From NCBI GenBank assembly GCA_964501435.1, contig CAZCTH010000005.1, positions 22,507 to 86,506 of the forward strand: a DNA stretch of 64,000 nucleotides, read 5' to 3'. The DNA comes from an uncultured Spirochaetales bacterium. GTDB taxonomy: Bacteria; Myxococcota_A; UBA9160; UBA6930. Below, piece by piece: positions 52,537 through 62,411 of this stretch (within the stretch, counting starts at the first letter, position 1; every line of letters starts with the position of its first letter). A program made the position numbers and the translations under genes. Below the pieces are notes generated by a model. It was not told where the DNA came from and searched no databases. It saw only the letters and a program-made list of their open reading frames with translations.

Positions 52537-53517
52537 TTGCCGATGGGGGATCTCGAGATCGACGACTCGCGCGCCGTTCGCGCGGAGCGCCTCCGCCAGA
52601 AGCTCCACCGCGAGCTCGGCGAGGCGATCCTCGCCGCCCTCGCTGACGAGCGCGTCGTCGAGGTGATGGTCAACGAGGACGGCGCAGTTTGGTGCGACCG
52701 CCTCGGCGAGGGAATGTCGCGTCTCGCGGAGACGATGAGCGCCGACCGCGCCGCAAGTCTCGTCGGCTCAGTCGCGGCGCTCCTCGAACGCGTCGCGAAT
52801 GCGGAGCACCCGATCGTCGAGGGCGAGCTTCCGTTCTTCGGCTTTCGATTCGAAGGCATCGTGCCGCCGGTCGCGCCGCGCGCGACGGTCGCGATTCGCA
52901 AGCGTGCGCGGCTCATCTACACGCTTGTCGACTACGTCGAGAGCGGACAGCTCTCGCCGTTTCACGCCGACGTGCTGCGCAAGGCGATCGCCGAGCGCAT
53001 GAACCTCGTGATCGCCGGCGGCACGGGATCGGGGAAGACGACTTTCGCGAACGCGCTGCTTCACGAGAAGGTGGCGGCCGGCCCGCCGAACCAGCGCTTC
53101 CTGATCCTCGAGGACACGGTCGAGCTTCAGTGCAGCGCGCCCAACAAAGTCCAGCTGCGCACCTGTGAGGTCGCCGACCTCGCGCGCCTTGTGCGCGCGA
53201 CGATGCGGCTCCGGCCCGACGCGATCGTCGTCGGTGAAGTGCGAGGGAGGGAAGCTCTCGACATGCTGAAAGCGTGGAACACGGGTCATCCTGGCGGACT
53301 GACGACCGTCCATGCCAACGGCGCGAGGGCTGCCCTCTCTCGCCTAGATCAGCTCGTGCAGGAGGCCGGCGTCCCGAGCCAGCCCGAGCTGCTCGCCGAC
53401 GCGATCGACGTGATCGTGTTCATCCAGCAGCGCTGCGTGCGCGAGCTCGTGCGGGTTCGCGGCTACGACGCCGCAGCAGGCGCGTTCGAGCTCGAGGAGC
53501 TCGCCGCCAGGCCCTGA
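52537..53517 (+). CDS. trbB: P-type conjugative transfer ATPase TrbB (VirB11 family)
   Basis: Walker A GGTGSGKTT, ILEDTVEL, RLRPDAIVVGEVRG and WNTGHPGGLTTVHAN. The start is TTG 52537 or ATG 52543. Confidence 0.9.
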   Translation: MPMGDLEIDDSRAVRAERLRQKLHRELGEAILAALADERVVEVMVNEDGAVWCDRLGEGMSRLAETMSADRAASLVGSVAALLERVANAEHPIVEGELPFFGFRFEGIVPPVAPRATVAIRKRARLIYTLVDYVESGQLSPFHADVLRKAIAERMNLVIAGGTGSGKTTFANALLHEKVAAGPPNQRFLILEDTVELQCSAPNKVQLRTCEVADLARLVRATMRLRPDAIVVGEVRGREALDMLKAWNTGHPGGLTTVHANGARAALSRLDQLVQEAGVPSQPELLADAIDVIVFIQQRCVRELVRVRGYDAAAGAFELEELAARP

Positions 53518-53530
53518 GAAGGAGGACGGA

Positions 53531-53869
53531 ATGCGCTCCGTAGAGGTGCAAGAACGCCAGGTCGCGATCGCGCGGAGAGCGATTCTGCTCGCCTTCGTCG
53601 TCATCGCATTCGCGGGCCCCGCGCTCGCGACTCCCGCTGGGACGCCGATGCCGTGGGACACGCCGCTCAACAACCTGCTGAACAACCTTCAAGGAACGGT
53701 CGCACGAATCGCGATCACCATCGCGATCGTGCTCACGGGGCTCATCTTCGCGTTCGGTGAGGCCGGGAGCGGTCTTCGCAAGGTGATGAGCATCGCCTTC
53801 GGCGGTGCGCTCGCACTCGGTGCCCTCACCTTCATGACGGCCCTCGGCTGGGTCGGAGCCGCGTTTTGA
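53531..53869 (+). CDS. trbC: TrbC/VirB2-family pilin
   Basis: 112 aa with a long signal, then PWDTPLNNLLNNLQGTVARIAITIAIVLTG and a second TM helix. Confidence 0.8.
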   Translation: MRSVEVQERQVAIARRAILLAFVVIAFAGPALATPAGTPMPWDTPLNNLLNNLQGTVARIAITIAIVLTGLIFAFGEAGSGLRKVMSIAFGGALALGALTFMTALGWVGAAF

Positions 53870-54222
53870 GCGCCTTCGAGAAGGAAGGCGACGCTCGTTT
53901 GTCGGGACCGCGCCTTCTCCCGATTCACGCGTCGCTAATGCGGCCCGTCCTCCTCGCAGGCGCCGACCGCGAGCTCACGCTGGTGAACGCGGTCGTCTGC
54001 TTTGCGCTCCTCTTCGGGATCGGTGCGTCACGCTGGACGATTGGGATCGTTGCGCTGCTCGCGACGGCGGGGCAGTGGGTGCTCGGGCGCGTCACGCGGT
54101 ACGACTCCGACTTCCGCCGCGTCTACACGCGCCACGTTCAGCTCCAGCCCTTCTACCCGGCCGCTGCGTCGCTTCGCGCGCCTCTGCCGATCGTGCACCC
54201 CGCTGTGCCGTACGCGGAGTAG
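53866..54222 (+). CDS. trbD: TrbD (VirB3 family)
   Basis: IHASLMRPVLLAGADRELTLVNAVV and two TM helices. 4-nt overlap with trbC. Confidence 0.8.
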   Translation: MSAFEKEGDARLSGPRLLPIHASLMRPVLLAGADRELTLVNAVVCFALLFGIGASRWTIGIVALLATAGQWVLGRVTRYDSDFRRVYTRHVQLQPFYPAAASLRAPLPIVHPAVPYAE

Positions 54223-54228
54223 GCGGCC

Positions 54229-56670
54229 GTGCTTCGCGACTTTCGCGCCGAGCCGAAGGGATTTCCGGATCTCCTCAACTACTGCGGGTTTGCCAGCGAG
54301 GGCGTCGTCTTCAACAAGGACGGCTCGCTGCTCGCGGCCTGGTGGTACGCCGGGCCTGACATGGAATCGGCGACGCCAAACGAGATGGCGATCCTCTCCG
54401 CGCAGATCAACGGCGCGCTGCGCGAGCTCGGCAACGGTTGGATGATCCAGGCGGATGCGATTCGGAAGCCGGCACCCGGCTACTCGCAGGCGGGCGCGTT
54501 TCCCGATGCGACGACGCGCCTCATCGACGACGAGCGACGCCGCCACTACGAGAGCGGCTCGGCGACGTTCGAGAGCCTCTACGCGCTCTCGGTCACCTAT
54601 CTCCCGCCAGCGGAGATTCAGAGCCGCCTGAGCGCGCTCTTCGTCGACAGTGAGAGCGCCGGAGGCGCGCGCGGCTGGGAGAACATCCTTCAGCACTTCG
54701 AGCGCGCCGCGCGCCAGCTCGAGGACGCGCTCTCGGATCGCCTCTCGATTCGGCGCATGGACTCGGCAGACCTCCTCGGCTTTCTCTGCAGCTGCACGAC
54801 AGGCGACTTCCAACCCGTGCGCGTGCCCCAACCACCCATCGATCTCGACGCGATCGTCGGCGCCGAGGACCTCCTCGGTGGTTTCGAGCCCCGCATCGGT
54901 CGCCGCTGGATCCATCCGATCGCGATCGTGGGACTTCCTGCGGAGTCGTTCCCTGGGATCCTCGACTTTCTGAACCGTCTCTCAATCCCGTACCGCTGGT
55001 CGAGCCGCTTCATCCCAGTCGATCCCGCGACCGCCGAGCAGAAGCTCAAGGTCATCAGGCGAAACTGGTTCCAGAAGCGCTTCGGCCTCTCGGGTTTGAT
55101 CCGCGAGGCGATGCAGCTCGGCGGTCAGACCTTCGCGAACCAGGACGCCGTCACGATGGCCGAGGACGCTGATGCGGCGGTCGCTGAGGCGGCGTCGATG
55201 GCCGTTCGTTTCGGCCACTACACGAGCCTAATTTTTCTCTTCCACGAGGACCGCGCGTTCCTCGATCACGAAGGGCGCCAAGTCGAGCGCGAGCTCCAGC
55301 ATCACGGGTTCCGCACGCGCGTCGAGACGGTGAACGCGCTCGAGGCCTACCTCGGCGCGCTCCCGGGCCACGGCTTTCGCAACGTGCGGCGGCCGCTGCT
55401 GCACTCGCTCAACTACGCGGACCTGATTCCGACGACGGCGATCTTCCCGGGTCTTGAGAGCAATCCGTGTCCGTTTTACCCGCCGTCGTCCCCTCCCCTC
55501 CTCTACGCGAACACGGCGGGCGCGACCCCTTTTCGCTTTCACGTGCACGTCGGCGACGTGGGCCACACGCTCGTGATTGGCCCCACCGGCGCCGGCAAGT
55601 CGACGCTCGTGGGACTCATCGCGGCGCAGTTCCTCCGCTATCCGGGCGCTCAGGTCTTCGCCTTCGACAAGGGCTACAGCTCGCTCGCACTCTGCAGCGC
55701 CGTGGGCGGCGAGCACTACGACATCGCGGCCAGCGCGGGCCGCGGCCTCGCGTTCTGTCCGCTCGCGCGCATCGACGACGCAGGCACGCGGGTTTGGGCT
55801 TCGGAATGGATCGAGGGGCTCCTCCGGCTCCAGAGCGTCGAGGCGACTCCAGCGCGCCGGCGCGAGATCCACGCGGCGCTCGGGCGCCTTGCGACGAGCC
55901 CGGACCGCACGCTCACGCACTTCGCGAGCACGGTGCAGGACGAAGGCGTTCGCGCAGGCCTGCGCCACTACACGCTCGACGGCGCGATGGGCGAGCTGCT
56001 CGACGCCGAGCGTGACGGGCTTCGGGAGAGCCGCTTCCAGGTGTTCGAGGTCGAGCACCTAATGAATAAGGGCGAGCAGAACGCGGTTCCCGTTCTCCTC
56101 TACCTCTTTCACGAGATCGAGCGGCGCCTCACAGGCGACCCGAGCCTTCTGATCCTCGAGGAGGCGTGGCTCCTGCTCAATCACCCGGTCTTCGCATCAA
56201 AAATCGAGGAGTGGCTGCGCGTGCTGCGCAAGCGCAACTGCGCCGTCGTGTTCGTGAGCCAGAGCCTCACCGACGTCTACAACTCGCCGCAACGCGACCT
56301 GCTCCTCGAGTCGTGTCCGACCAAGATCTTTCTCCCGAATCCCGAGGCGCGAAGCGCCCAGACGGGCCAGCTCTACCGCAGGCTCGGCCTCAACGAGACG
56401 CAGGTCGAGCTCGTCGCCCACGCGACACCGAAGCGTCACTACTACTACGTCTCGCCGCTCGGCCGCCGAATGATCGACCTTGCGCTGGGGCCTGAGACGC
56501 TCGCCTTCGTTGGCGTCTCGGGCAGCGAGGAGATCGAGCAGCTCCGCAAGCTCCGCGAGCTCTACGGCGACACCTGGCCCGCGGCCTGGCTCGAGCAGCG
56601 CGGTCTCGACGAGGCCGCGGTGCGGTGGCGCGCGCTTCACGAGGAGGATTCTCCATGCGGCTCTCTCTGA
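54229..56670 (+). CDS. trbE: TrbE (VirB4-family ATPase)
   Basis: 813 aa. DLLNYCGFASEGVVFNKDGSLLAAWWY, Walker A GPTGAGKST and Walker B LLILEEAW. Confidence 0.93.
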   Translation: MLRDFRAEPKGFPDLLNYCGFASEGVVFNKDGSLLAAWWYAGPDMESATPNEMAILSAQINGALRELGNGWMIQADAIRKPAPGYSQAGAFPDATTRLIDDERRRHYESGSATFESLYALSVTYLPPAEIQSRLSALFVDSESAGGARGWENILQHFERAARQLEDALSDRLSIRRMDSADLLGFLCSCTTGDFQPVRVPQPPIDLDAIVGAEDLLGGFEPRIGRRWIHPIAIVGLPAESFPGILDFLNRLSIPYRWSSRFIPVDPATAEQKLKVIRRNWFQKRFGLSGLIREAMQLGGQTFANQDAVTMAEDADAAVAEAASMAVRFGHYTSLIFLFHEDRAFLDHEGRQVERELQHHGFRTRVETVNALEAYLGALPGHGFRNVRRPLLHSLNYADLIPTTAIFPGLESNPCPFYPPSSPPLLYANTAGATPFRFHVHVGDVGHTLVIGPTGAGKSTLVGLIAAQFLRYPGAQVFAFDKGYSSLALCSAVGGEHYDIAASAGRGLAFCPLARIDDAGTRVWASEWIEGLLRLQSVEATPARRREIHAALGRLATSPDRTLTHFASTVQDEGVRAGLRHYTLDGAMGELLDAERDGLRESRFQVFEVEHLMNKGEQNAVPVLLYLFHEIERRLTGDPSLLILEEAWLLLNHPVFASKIEEWLRVLRKRNCAVVFVSQSLTDVYNSPQRDLLLESCPTKIFLPNPEARSAQTGQLYRRLGLNETQVELVAHATPKRHYYYVSPLGRRMIDLALGPETLAFVGVSGSEEIEQLRKLRELYGDTWPAAWLEQRGLDEAAVRWRALHEEDSPCGSL

Positions 56671-57428
56671 ATCCCCCCACTCGCGCACTCGTGCGCGCGG
56701 CGGTGCTCAGCTTCGCGGTGCTCGCTGCGCCAACGCGTCCCGCGCAGGCGCAGCTTGTCGTCACCGATCCCACGAACCTCATTCAGAACATCATCTCCGC
56801 GATCCAGAACATCTACGCCGTCGCGCAGCAGGTGCAGCAGCTCTCGAACGAGGCAACACAGATCTCGAATCAGGTGCAGCAGCTGCGCGACATGGCGAAC
56901 CAGGCGTCGGTGCTGCGCTCGACCGAGTGGGGCGAAGTCCAGAGCGCGATCGCCGCGCTTACGAACGCGGTGCACATCGGACAGTCGCTCGCGTACGACC
57001 TCCCGAACCTTCAGCGGCAGTTCCAGGCGCAGTTCCCGGGCTACGTCGCCCCGACGGACTGGACGACCCAGACGCAGCAGTCGTCGCGGGCCACGCTCGA
57101 CACGCTGAACGGAACGCTTCGCTCGGCTGGCCTCAACATCGGCGACTTCCAGAGCGTCGATGCAGCGCTCGCTGCGCTTCGAAGCACGAACGACAGCGCC
57201 TCCGGCCGCAACGAGCTCATGCAAGTTGCGAACTCGCTCGCGAGCCTCCAGGTCGCCGAGATGACGAAGATGCGGCAACTGCTCGCGCTGGAGATCAACG
57301 CGCAGAACGTGTGGAAGGCGCATACGACGAGCTCGACGGCAGCGTCGGAGGCGGCGCTCGAGCAGTTCATCGGGGCGCCTGGCGCCGTAGGAAACCCGGC
57401 CAACTCCAACTCAGGCGTAAATTTCTAG
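56655..57428 (+). CDS. trbJ: TrbJ (VirB5-like)
   Basis: GAGGAGG RBS, a signal peptide, then QLVVTDPTNLIQNIISAIQNIYAVAQQVQQL. It overlaps the trbE 3' end by 16 nt. Confidence 0.85.
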   Translation: MRLSLNPPTRALVRAAVLSFAVLAAPTRPAQAQLVVTDPTNLIQNIISAIQNIYAVAQQVQQLSNEATQISNQVQQLRDMANQASVLRSTEWGEVQSAIAALTNAVHIGQSLAYDLPNLQRQFQAQFPGYVAPTDWTTQTQQSSRATLDTLNGTLRSAGLNIGDFQSVDAALAALRSTNDSASGRNELMQVANSLASLQVAEMTKMRQLLALEINAQNVWKAHTTSSTAASEAALEQFIGAPGAVGNPANSNSGVNF

Positions 57429-57461
57429 AGCGGCTCGGCCGCCGCGAGGAGGAGGCAAGAG

Positions 57462-57776
57462 ATGGTCCCGCGGAGTCTCTCGGTAATCGCATTGCTCGGA
57501 GCGCTCGCGTGCGCTCCAAGTGCGGAGGAGATCGCGAACGGCGTCGACCCCATCGCCTCGCTCGGCGCCACGGTGAGCTCAAGCCGCTACGGCGAGCAGT
57601 ATTGGAGGAAGCAACGGGACGCGAAATCCGATCTCTGGGCCCGGGCTGTTGAGTACTGCGAGCCCTCCGAAAGCGCGAACTACCCGAACTGCGAGGTGGT
57701 GAGCGCGCTGAAGTTCCTCACGACTCCCGACGCGGCCAAGGATCCGGCGCGCTCAGAAGAAGGGCTGCGGTTCTGA
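57462..57776 (+). CDS. small lipoprotein in the trbK position (possible entry-exclusion protein)
   Basis: 104 aa with a lipobox (LLGALACAP) and a Cys pair (YCEPSESANYPNC). It lies between trbJ and trbL, where RP4-type operons carry trbK. The call is by position only. Confidence 0.45.
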   Translation: MVPRSLSVIALLGALACAPSAEEIANGVDPIASLGATVSSSRYGEQYWRKQRDAKSDLWARAVEYCEPSESANYPNCEVVSALKFLTTPDAAKDPARSEEGLRF

Positions 57777-58843
57777 TGGCAACGAGTCTGGCGAACCAGT
57801 TCAACTTGGCGGTCGGCACGATCTACGGAGCGGTTCTGCCCATCGCGCAGAACCTCTTCGTCCTCCTGGCTGCAATCGCGGTCACGTGGGCGCTGATCTG
57901 GTGGGTCCTCGAGAAGGACGACCCGGTTCCGACCTTCGTGGCGCTGCTGCGACAGCTCATGCGGATTTCGTTTTTCTGGTTTGTGTTGGCGAACGCCGCC
58001 ACGCTCGGCCGCGCTTTTCTGCAGAGCTTCCAGGCTGCCGGCCAAGCTGCGGCGGCGGCCGCGGGTTCTCCGATGCCGAGCGTCGACCCCACGGCCGTGA
58101 TCGACGCGGGCGCGAACCTCGCGAATCAGCTCCTGCAGAACGTTCAGATCTCGGGCGTGCTCGGCACTCTCGCCGGTGCTCTGATCGGAGGCGTCCTCGC
58201 CCTCCTGATGTTCGTCGCCTTCCTGTTTATCGCTGCGCAGATGGCCATTGCACTCGTCGAGGGTTTCATCGTTCTGAGCGGCGGTGTCCTGCTTCTCGGC
58301 TTCCTGGGATCACCTTGGACCGCGCGAATCGGGCTCACCTACTTCAACACGTTGGTGGGTGTCGGGATCAAGCTGTTTCTCATATTCATCATCGTCGGAG
58401 TTGGAAGCTCCCTTGTCTCGGGATGGAGCTCCTTCATTGCAGCCGGCGTGACTCTTCCCGGCGCGCTGACGGTGATCGGCGTTGCCTCCATCTTTGCCCT
58501 CATCACGTGGACGATTCCGAATCACGCTCAAGCGCTCGCGAGCGGCGCGGTGTCGGCGGGGCTCAGTTCCGTCGTCTCGTCAGCCGCCGGCTTCGCTGCC
58601 GCTGCCTCCGGCGCGCGCGTCCCCCTCGCGCTCGTCGCACGCGCTTCGTCGGCCGTCGGACAGGGCGTTGCACTCGGTCGCGACCGATACGCCGGCGGCG
58701 CGAGCGTTCTGCGCGCAGCCGGCGCCGGCGCGGGCCACGTCCTCGCCTCGCCCTTCAGAGCAGCGGCGCACAACCTCGCGGCGCGGAGTGCGCACCGGCG
58801 CGTTGGTGCTTCCGACGTCATTCGCCGCGAGCGCGGCATCTAG
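57776..58843 (+). CDS. trbL: TrbL (VirB6 family)
   Basis: 355 aa with multiple TM helices and an Ala/Gly/Ser-rich C-terminal tail. 1-nt overlap with the preceding stop. Confidence 0.85.
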   Translation: MATSLANQFNLAVGTIYGAVLPIAQNLFVLLAAIAVTWALIWWVLEKDDPVPTFVALLRQLMRISFFWFVLANAATLGRAFLQSFQAAGQAAAAAAGSPMPSVDPTAVIDAGANLANQLLQNVQISGVLGTLAGALIGGVLALLMFVAFLFIAAQMAIALVEGFIVLSGGVLLLGFLGSPWTARIGLTYFNTLVGVGIKLFLIFIIVGVGSSLVSGWSSFIAAGVTLPGALTVIGVASIFALITWTIPNHAQALASGAVSAGLSSVVSSAAGFAAAASGARVPLALVARASSAVGQGVALGRDRYAGGASVLRAAGAGAGHVLASPFRAAAHNLAARSAHRRVGASDVIRRERGI

Positions 58844-58851
58844 GAGCGGCC

Positions 58852-59505
58852 ATGTCTGCCGATGCACCGAGCAACCCGTATCACGAAGCGCGCGGCATCT
58901 GGAACGAGCGCTACCTGAACCTCGTTCGCGCGCGCTGGAACTGGCAGCTGATCGCGCTCGTGCTCGCGCTCTCGAACCTCGTCTTCGCGCTTGCGCTGGT
59001 TTGGCACTCGGCGCAGAGCAAAGTCGTGCCCTACATCGTGCGCGTCGACGAGGCGGGTCAGTCGCTCGTGATCGGCCCCGCGACGGCGTCGTCGATCTCC
59101 GATCCGAAGATCCTCGGCTTCCAGCTTCAGGCCTACGTGCGCGATCTGCGCCAAGTGACGGCGGACGGCGCTGCACAAAAGAGCCTCCTCGAACGCGCCT
59201 ACCGGCAGACCGCCGGCGCCGCCGTCGGAACGCTCAACGAGCACTTCCGTGCCTCGGACCCGTTCCTCGCGGCGCGCTCGTTCACCGTGATGCCGCGCGT
59301 GCGCAGCACGCTCCAGCTGGGCGATCGCACCTGGCAGGTCGAGTGGACCGAGACGCGCCGCACGCTCGAGGGTCGCCTTGCCGGCGAGGAAGCGTGGGTC
59401 GGGCAGTTCGAGGTCGTGACCGAGCCTCCCACGAAGGCGGAGGACGTTGTCGCGAATCCGCTCGGCTTCAAGGTCACGCGCATCTCGTGGAGTCGGCAGT
59501 TCTAA
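58852..59505 (+). CDS. trbF: TrbF (VirB8 family)
   Basis: Starts at MSADAPSNPYHEARGIWNERY, with a single TM helix (WQLIALVLALSNLVFALALVW). The track ORF 57886-59505 is an artefactual extension. Confidence 0.85.
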   Translation: MSADAPSNPYHEARGIWNERYLNLVRARWNWQLIALVLALSNLVFALALVWHSAQSKVVPYIVRVDEAGQSLVIGPATASSISDPKILGFQLQAYVRDLRQVTADGAAQKSLLERAYRQTAGAAVGTLNEHFRASDPFLAARSFTVMPRVRSTLQLGDRTWQVEWTETRRTLEGRLAGEEAWVGQFEVVTEPPTKAEDVVANPLGFKVTRISWSRQF

Positions 59506-59515
59506 GGGGGTGAGG

Positions 59516-60541
59516 ATGTCGCTGCATCGATCGCTGTACTTCGTTCTGACCGCGAGCATGGGCGTGCTCGCGTGCGCGCCTTACGCGAAGGCACCGCGTA
59601 TGGAACCGAACGACTACCCGAACGCACGGCCGCCTGCGGCGCGCGACAACCGCGTTAGCGCGGGCGTCCCGATGAGTCCCGATGTCGAGCTCCTTGCGCT
59701 CGATAGTCCCGAGATCCAGGCCGCGATGACCGAGTTCGCGAAATCGGGGAAGCCGCCCGTCGTCCGTAACAAGGATCGCCGGTTCGTTCGCTTCCCCTAC
59801 GGGCACACGGATCCGATCCTCTACTGCCGACCGCTACGCGTTTGCGACGTCGAGCTTCAACCGGCGGAGGAGATCCTCGACGTCGCGCTCGGCGATACCG
59901 AGATGTGGCATGCGCAGAAGATGGAGAGCGGCCCTGCGGGACTGCGTTCGCCGCACGTCATCTTCAAGCCCGTCTCCGACGGCATCTCGACGAACGCCAT
60001 CATCACGACGGATCGGCGCGTCTATCACATCGGCCTCATCGCCCGCGCCGAGACGGGCGCGAACGACCAGCAGTACATCCGCTACGCGAGCTTCTATTAC
60101 CCGAACGAGACGGTGACCGCCTGGACCTCCGATCAGGAACGTCACCGCGAGGAGCGGCTGGCCGCTGAAGCGGCTGCACTCGCGGCGAGGGAGGCACCGA
60201 TCCCCGTCGATCTCTACCGCGGCTACGAGATTACGGGCGATGCCGTGCCGTGGCGTCCGGTCGAGGCATTCGACGACGGGCGCCGCGTCTACATCAAGAT
60301 GCCTGCCGCGATGCACGTGACCGAGGCGCCCGGGCTCTGGGTGATCGACGAGGGCGGGAAGCAATCGCTCGTGAACTACCGGCTGCGCGACGGGCACTAC
60401 ATCGTCGACAAGCTCTTTGCGAAGGCGCTCCTTGCGGTCGGTACCGGGCGCAAAGCGAAGCAGGTCTTCATCACGCGCAAGGCGCCGAGCGAGCCGCTCG
60501 CGGCGAGCATGGGAGCGGCGGACGTTGCGCACTTGCGGTAG
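59516..60541 (+). CDS. trbG: TrbG (VirB9 family)
   Basis: Signal/lipobox (GVLACAP), then YCRPLRVCDVELQPAE, TNAIITTDRRVYHIGL and YIKMPAAM. Confidence 0.85.
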   Translation: MSLHRSLYFVLTASMGVLACAPYAKAPRMEPNDYPNARPPAARDNRVSAGVPMSPDVELLALDSPEIQAAMTEFAKSGKPPVVRNKDRRFVRFPYGHTDPILYCRPLRVCDVELQPAEEILDVALGDTEMWHAQKMESGPAGLRSPHVIFKPVSDGISTNAIITTDRRVYHIGLIARAETGANDQQYIRYASFYYPNETVTAWTSDQERHREERLAAEAAALAAREAPIPVDLYRGYEITGDAVPWRPVEAFDDGRRVYIKMPAAMHVTEAPGLWVIDEGGKQSLVNYRLRDGHYIVDKLFAKALLAVGTGRKAKQVFITRKAPSEPLAASMGAADVAHLR

Positions 60542-60565
60542 TCGCAGCGCGCGAAGGAGCCCTCG

Positions 60566-61822
60566 ATGAGCGGCTCGATCCTTCGTCCGACGACCAGCGA
60601 GCCCGACGGCCTCGAGCTTCGCCCTACGCCCCGGACGACGCGCCTCAATCGCAATGCGCTCCTTCTCGGCGGCGCGATTGGCGCGGCGGTTCTCGCCGCT
60701 GCGGCGGCGACGCTGGTTGAGAACCGGACTGCGATCGCGCCCGCAAGCGCGGCTGCGCCGACGACCGCTGCCGGCGGAGACCGGTTCTGGGAGAAGGCGG
60801 GAGACGGCGTGCCGGGCTGGTCGGAGGAGGAGTTCCTGTCCGATGTCGCTGCGCCTCCGCCGGAGGCGAACGCGATTCCCCTGGATACTGCAGGTGGTAG
60901 CGATCCCGAAGCGCAGCGGCGCCGCGAGCGCATCGCACGGGCCTATGGCGCGCCTCCACTCGTCGGCGGTTTTCGCGCAGGCGGCGGCGAATCTTCGGCG
61001 ACCTCCGCCTCGCCGACGAGCGCGGCGTACCGTCCGCCGGGTGACGCCCACCCTCCCCTACTCGGGGCGCTCGGCGACGTGCTCGGCGAAAAGGACGAGA
61101 TGCTCCGCCAGAACAACCAGGAAGCGAAGCTCGACTTCCTCGGCGAGAGCGGCCTATCGGAGCGAGAAGAGACCAACCCGCACGCCGTGCGCGAGCCGGC
61201 ATCTCGCTACGAGGTCACGGCGGGAATGGTCCTCCCGGCCGTTCTCTTGACCCAGGCGGAGTCAGACCTCCCCGGCCTAATGACCGGGCGCGTCACGGAG
61301 AACGTCTTCGACTCCGCGAGTGGTCAGCACCTTCTGATTCCGCAGGGCACAACGATCGTCGGCGTGTACGACAGTGTCGTGACGTTCGGGCAGCAGCGCC
61401 TTCTCATCGCCTGGCAGCGCCTCATCTTCCCCGACGGCAGCAAGCTCAACATTGGCGGCATGCCAGGCGCGGACCTGATCGGCGCGGCCGGCCTGCGCGA
61501 CCAGGTCGACCGGCACGCGGGAAGGATCTTCGGGAGCGCTCTGCTCCTCAGCGTCCTTACGGCCGGCGTGACGCTCAGCCAGGAGGACGGGAACCCGACT
61601 GGGCTTGGTGTCGGATCGACCCGCGATCAGGTAAAGGGCACGCTCGCGACCGCGCTCGGCCAGCGCCTCGGCGACGCAGCGAACGAGATGCTCGAGCGCG
61701 AGATGAACGTTCAGCCGACCCTGCGGATCCAGCCGGGCCACCGCTTTCACGTGCTCGTGAACCGGGACCTCATCTTCGAGGGCCCGTACCTCAACACGTT
61801 CGGAGGAGGACTCGTCCCATGA
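60566..61822 (+). CDS. trbI: TrbI (VirB10 family)
   Basis: N-terminal TM helix, a Pro/Ala-rich linker, and a C-terminal domain (GTTIVGVYDS...QRLLIAWQRLIFPDGSKLNIGGMPGADLIGAAGLRDQVDRH). Confidence 0.88.
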   Translation: MSGSILRPTTSEPDGLELRPTPRTTRLNRNALLLGGAIGAAVLAAAAATLVENRTAIAPASAAAPTTAAGGDRFWEKAGDGVPGWSEEEFLSDVAAPPPEANAIPLDTAGGSDPEAQRRRERIARAYGAPPLVGGFRAGGGESSATSASPTSAAYRPPGDAHPPLLGALGDVLGEKDEMLRQNNQEAKLDFLGESGLSEREETNPHAVREPASRYEVTAGMVLPAVLLTQAESDLPGLMTGRVTENVFDSASGQHLLIPQGTTIVGVYDSVVTFGQQRLLIAWQRLIFPDGSKLNIGGMPGADLIGAAGLRDQVDRHAGRIFGSALLLSVLTAGVTLSQEDGNPTGLGVGSTRDQVKGTLATALGQRLGDAANEMLEREMNVQPTLRIQPGHRFHVLVNRDLIFEGPYLNTFGGGLVP

Positions 61823-62073
61823 AGCTCAGGCCGCGCGTCGAAGCAGAGCCGCCGAGGGAGCTGCGCTTCCGCCTCGATGCCACGACTTATCAGGAGCTCG
61901 AGCAATACGCGCAGCTCTACACGCACGAGTACGGCGAGGCGATCGACGCGCCAACGCTCGCGTCCGAGATACTCCGCCAGTTTCTCGCCGACGACCGCGC
62001 CTTCAAGACCTGGAAGCGTCGGCGCGGAAACGCCACGGACCCCGCCTCGCGTACCGCCGGAGCGCCGGCTTGA
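61819..62073 (+). CDS. DUF2274-like small protein that commonly follows trbI
   Basis: 84 aa, 4-nt overlap with trbI. LRFRLDATTYQELEQYAQLY...PTLASEILRQFLADDRAFKTW matches my recollection of DUF2274. Confidence 0.6.
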   Translation: MKLRPRVEAEPPRELRFRLDATTYQELEQYAQLYTHEYGEAIDAPTLASEILRQFLADDRAFKTWKRRRGNATDPASRTAGAPA

Positions 62074-62411
62074 GCGAGCGGTTTCGCGACCGCGCCCAAC
62101 AAGAGGCGGTATGCGATCGCCTGCTCCGCCTCGCACACTTCGACCTCGAAACCCTTCGAGGCGAAGAATTGCGCATCGTCGATGTGGCGCGCGTGCGGCG
62201 CGCGCGAACGCTCTACGACCTCGCGCTCGCGCTTTGGGAGGACGGCGGCCAGCTCGCGGTTGGGCATCTCGTCGATCTCGACCGCGACACGCGTACGATG
62301 ATCGGAGATCTCCTCGCCGAGCTCGGAGTTGCGGAGCACAGTCGCATCGATCGCTGGCTGGCTGCGGCGGACGAAGTGCTCGCGGGCCGCGATGGCGCAG
62401 CCTCGGCTTGA
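62070..62411 (+). CDS. hypothetical protein
   Basis: 113 aa with a TTG start overlapping the upstream stop by 4 nt. High GC3 throughout. No motif recognised. Confidence 0.45.
   Translation: MSERFRDRAQQEAVCDRLLRLAHFDLETLRGEELRIVDVARVRRARTLYDLALALWEDGGQLAVGHLVDLDRDTRTMIGDLLAELGVAEHSRIDRWLAAADEVLAGRDGAASA

Larger units (their letters stand above)
52537..62073 (+). mobile_element. Trb-type (P-type) type IV secretion / mating-pair-formation module of an ICE or integrated plasmid; element boundaries not visible
   Basis: Contiguous, mostly overlapping trbB-C-D-E-J-(K)-L-F-G-I plus DUF2274. No integrase, relaxase, coupling protein or att repeats were identified in the window. Confidence 0.6.

Noticed and set aside
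59834-61051. 405-aa minus-strand ORF across trbG/trbI
   Set aside because: It is antisense to two well-supported T4SS genes and its translation is low-complexity.
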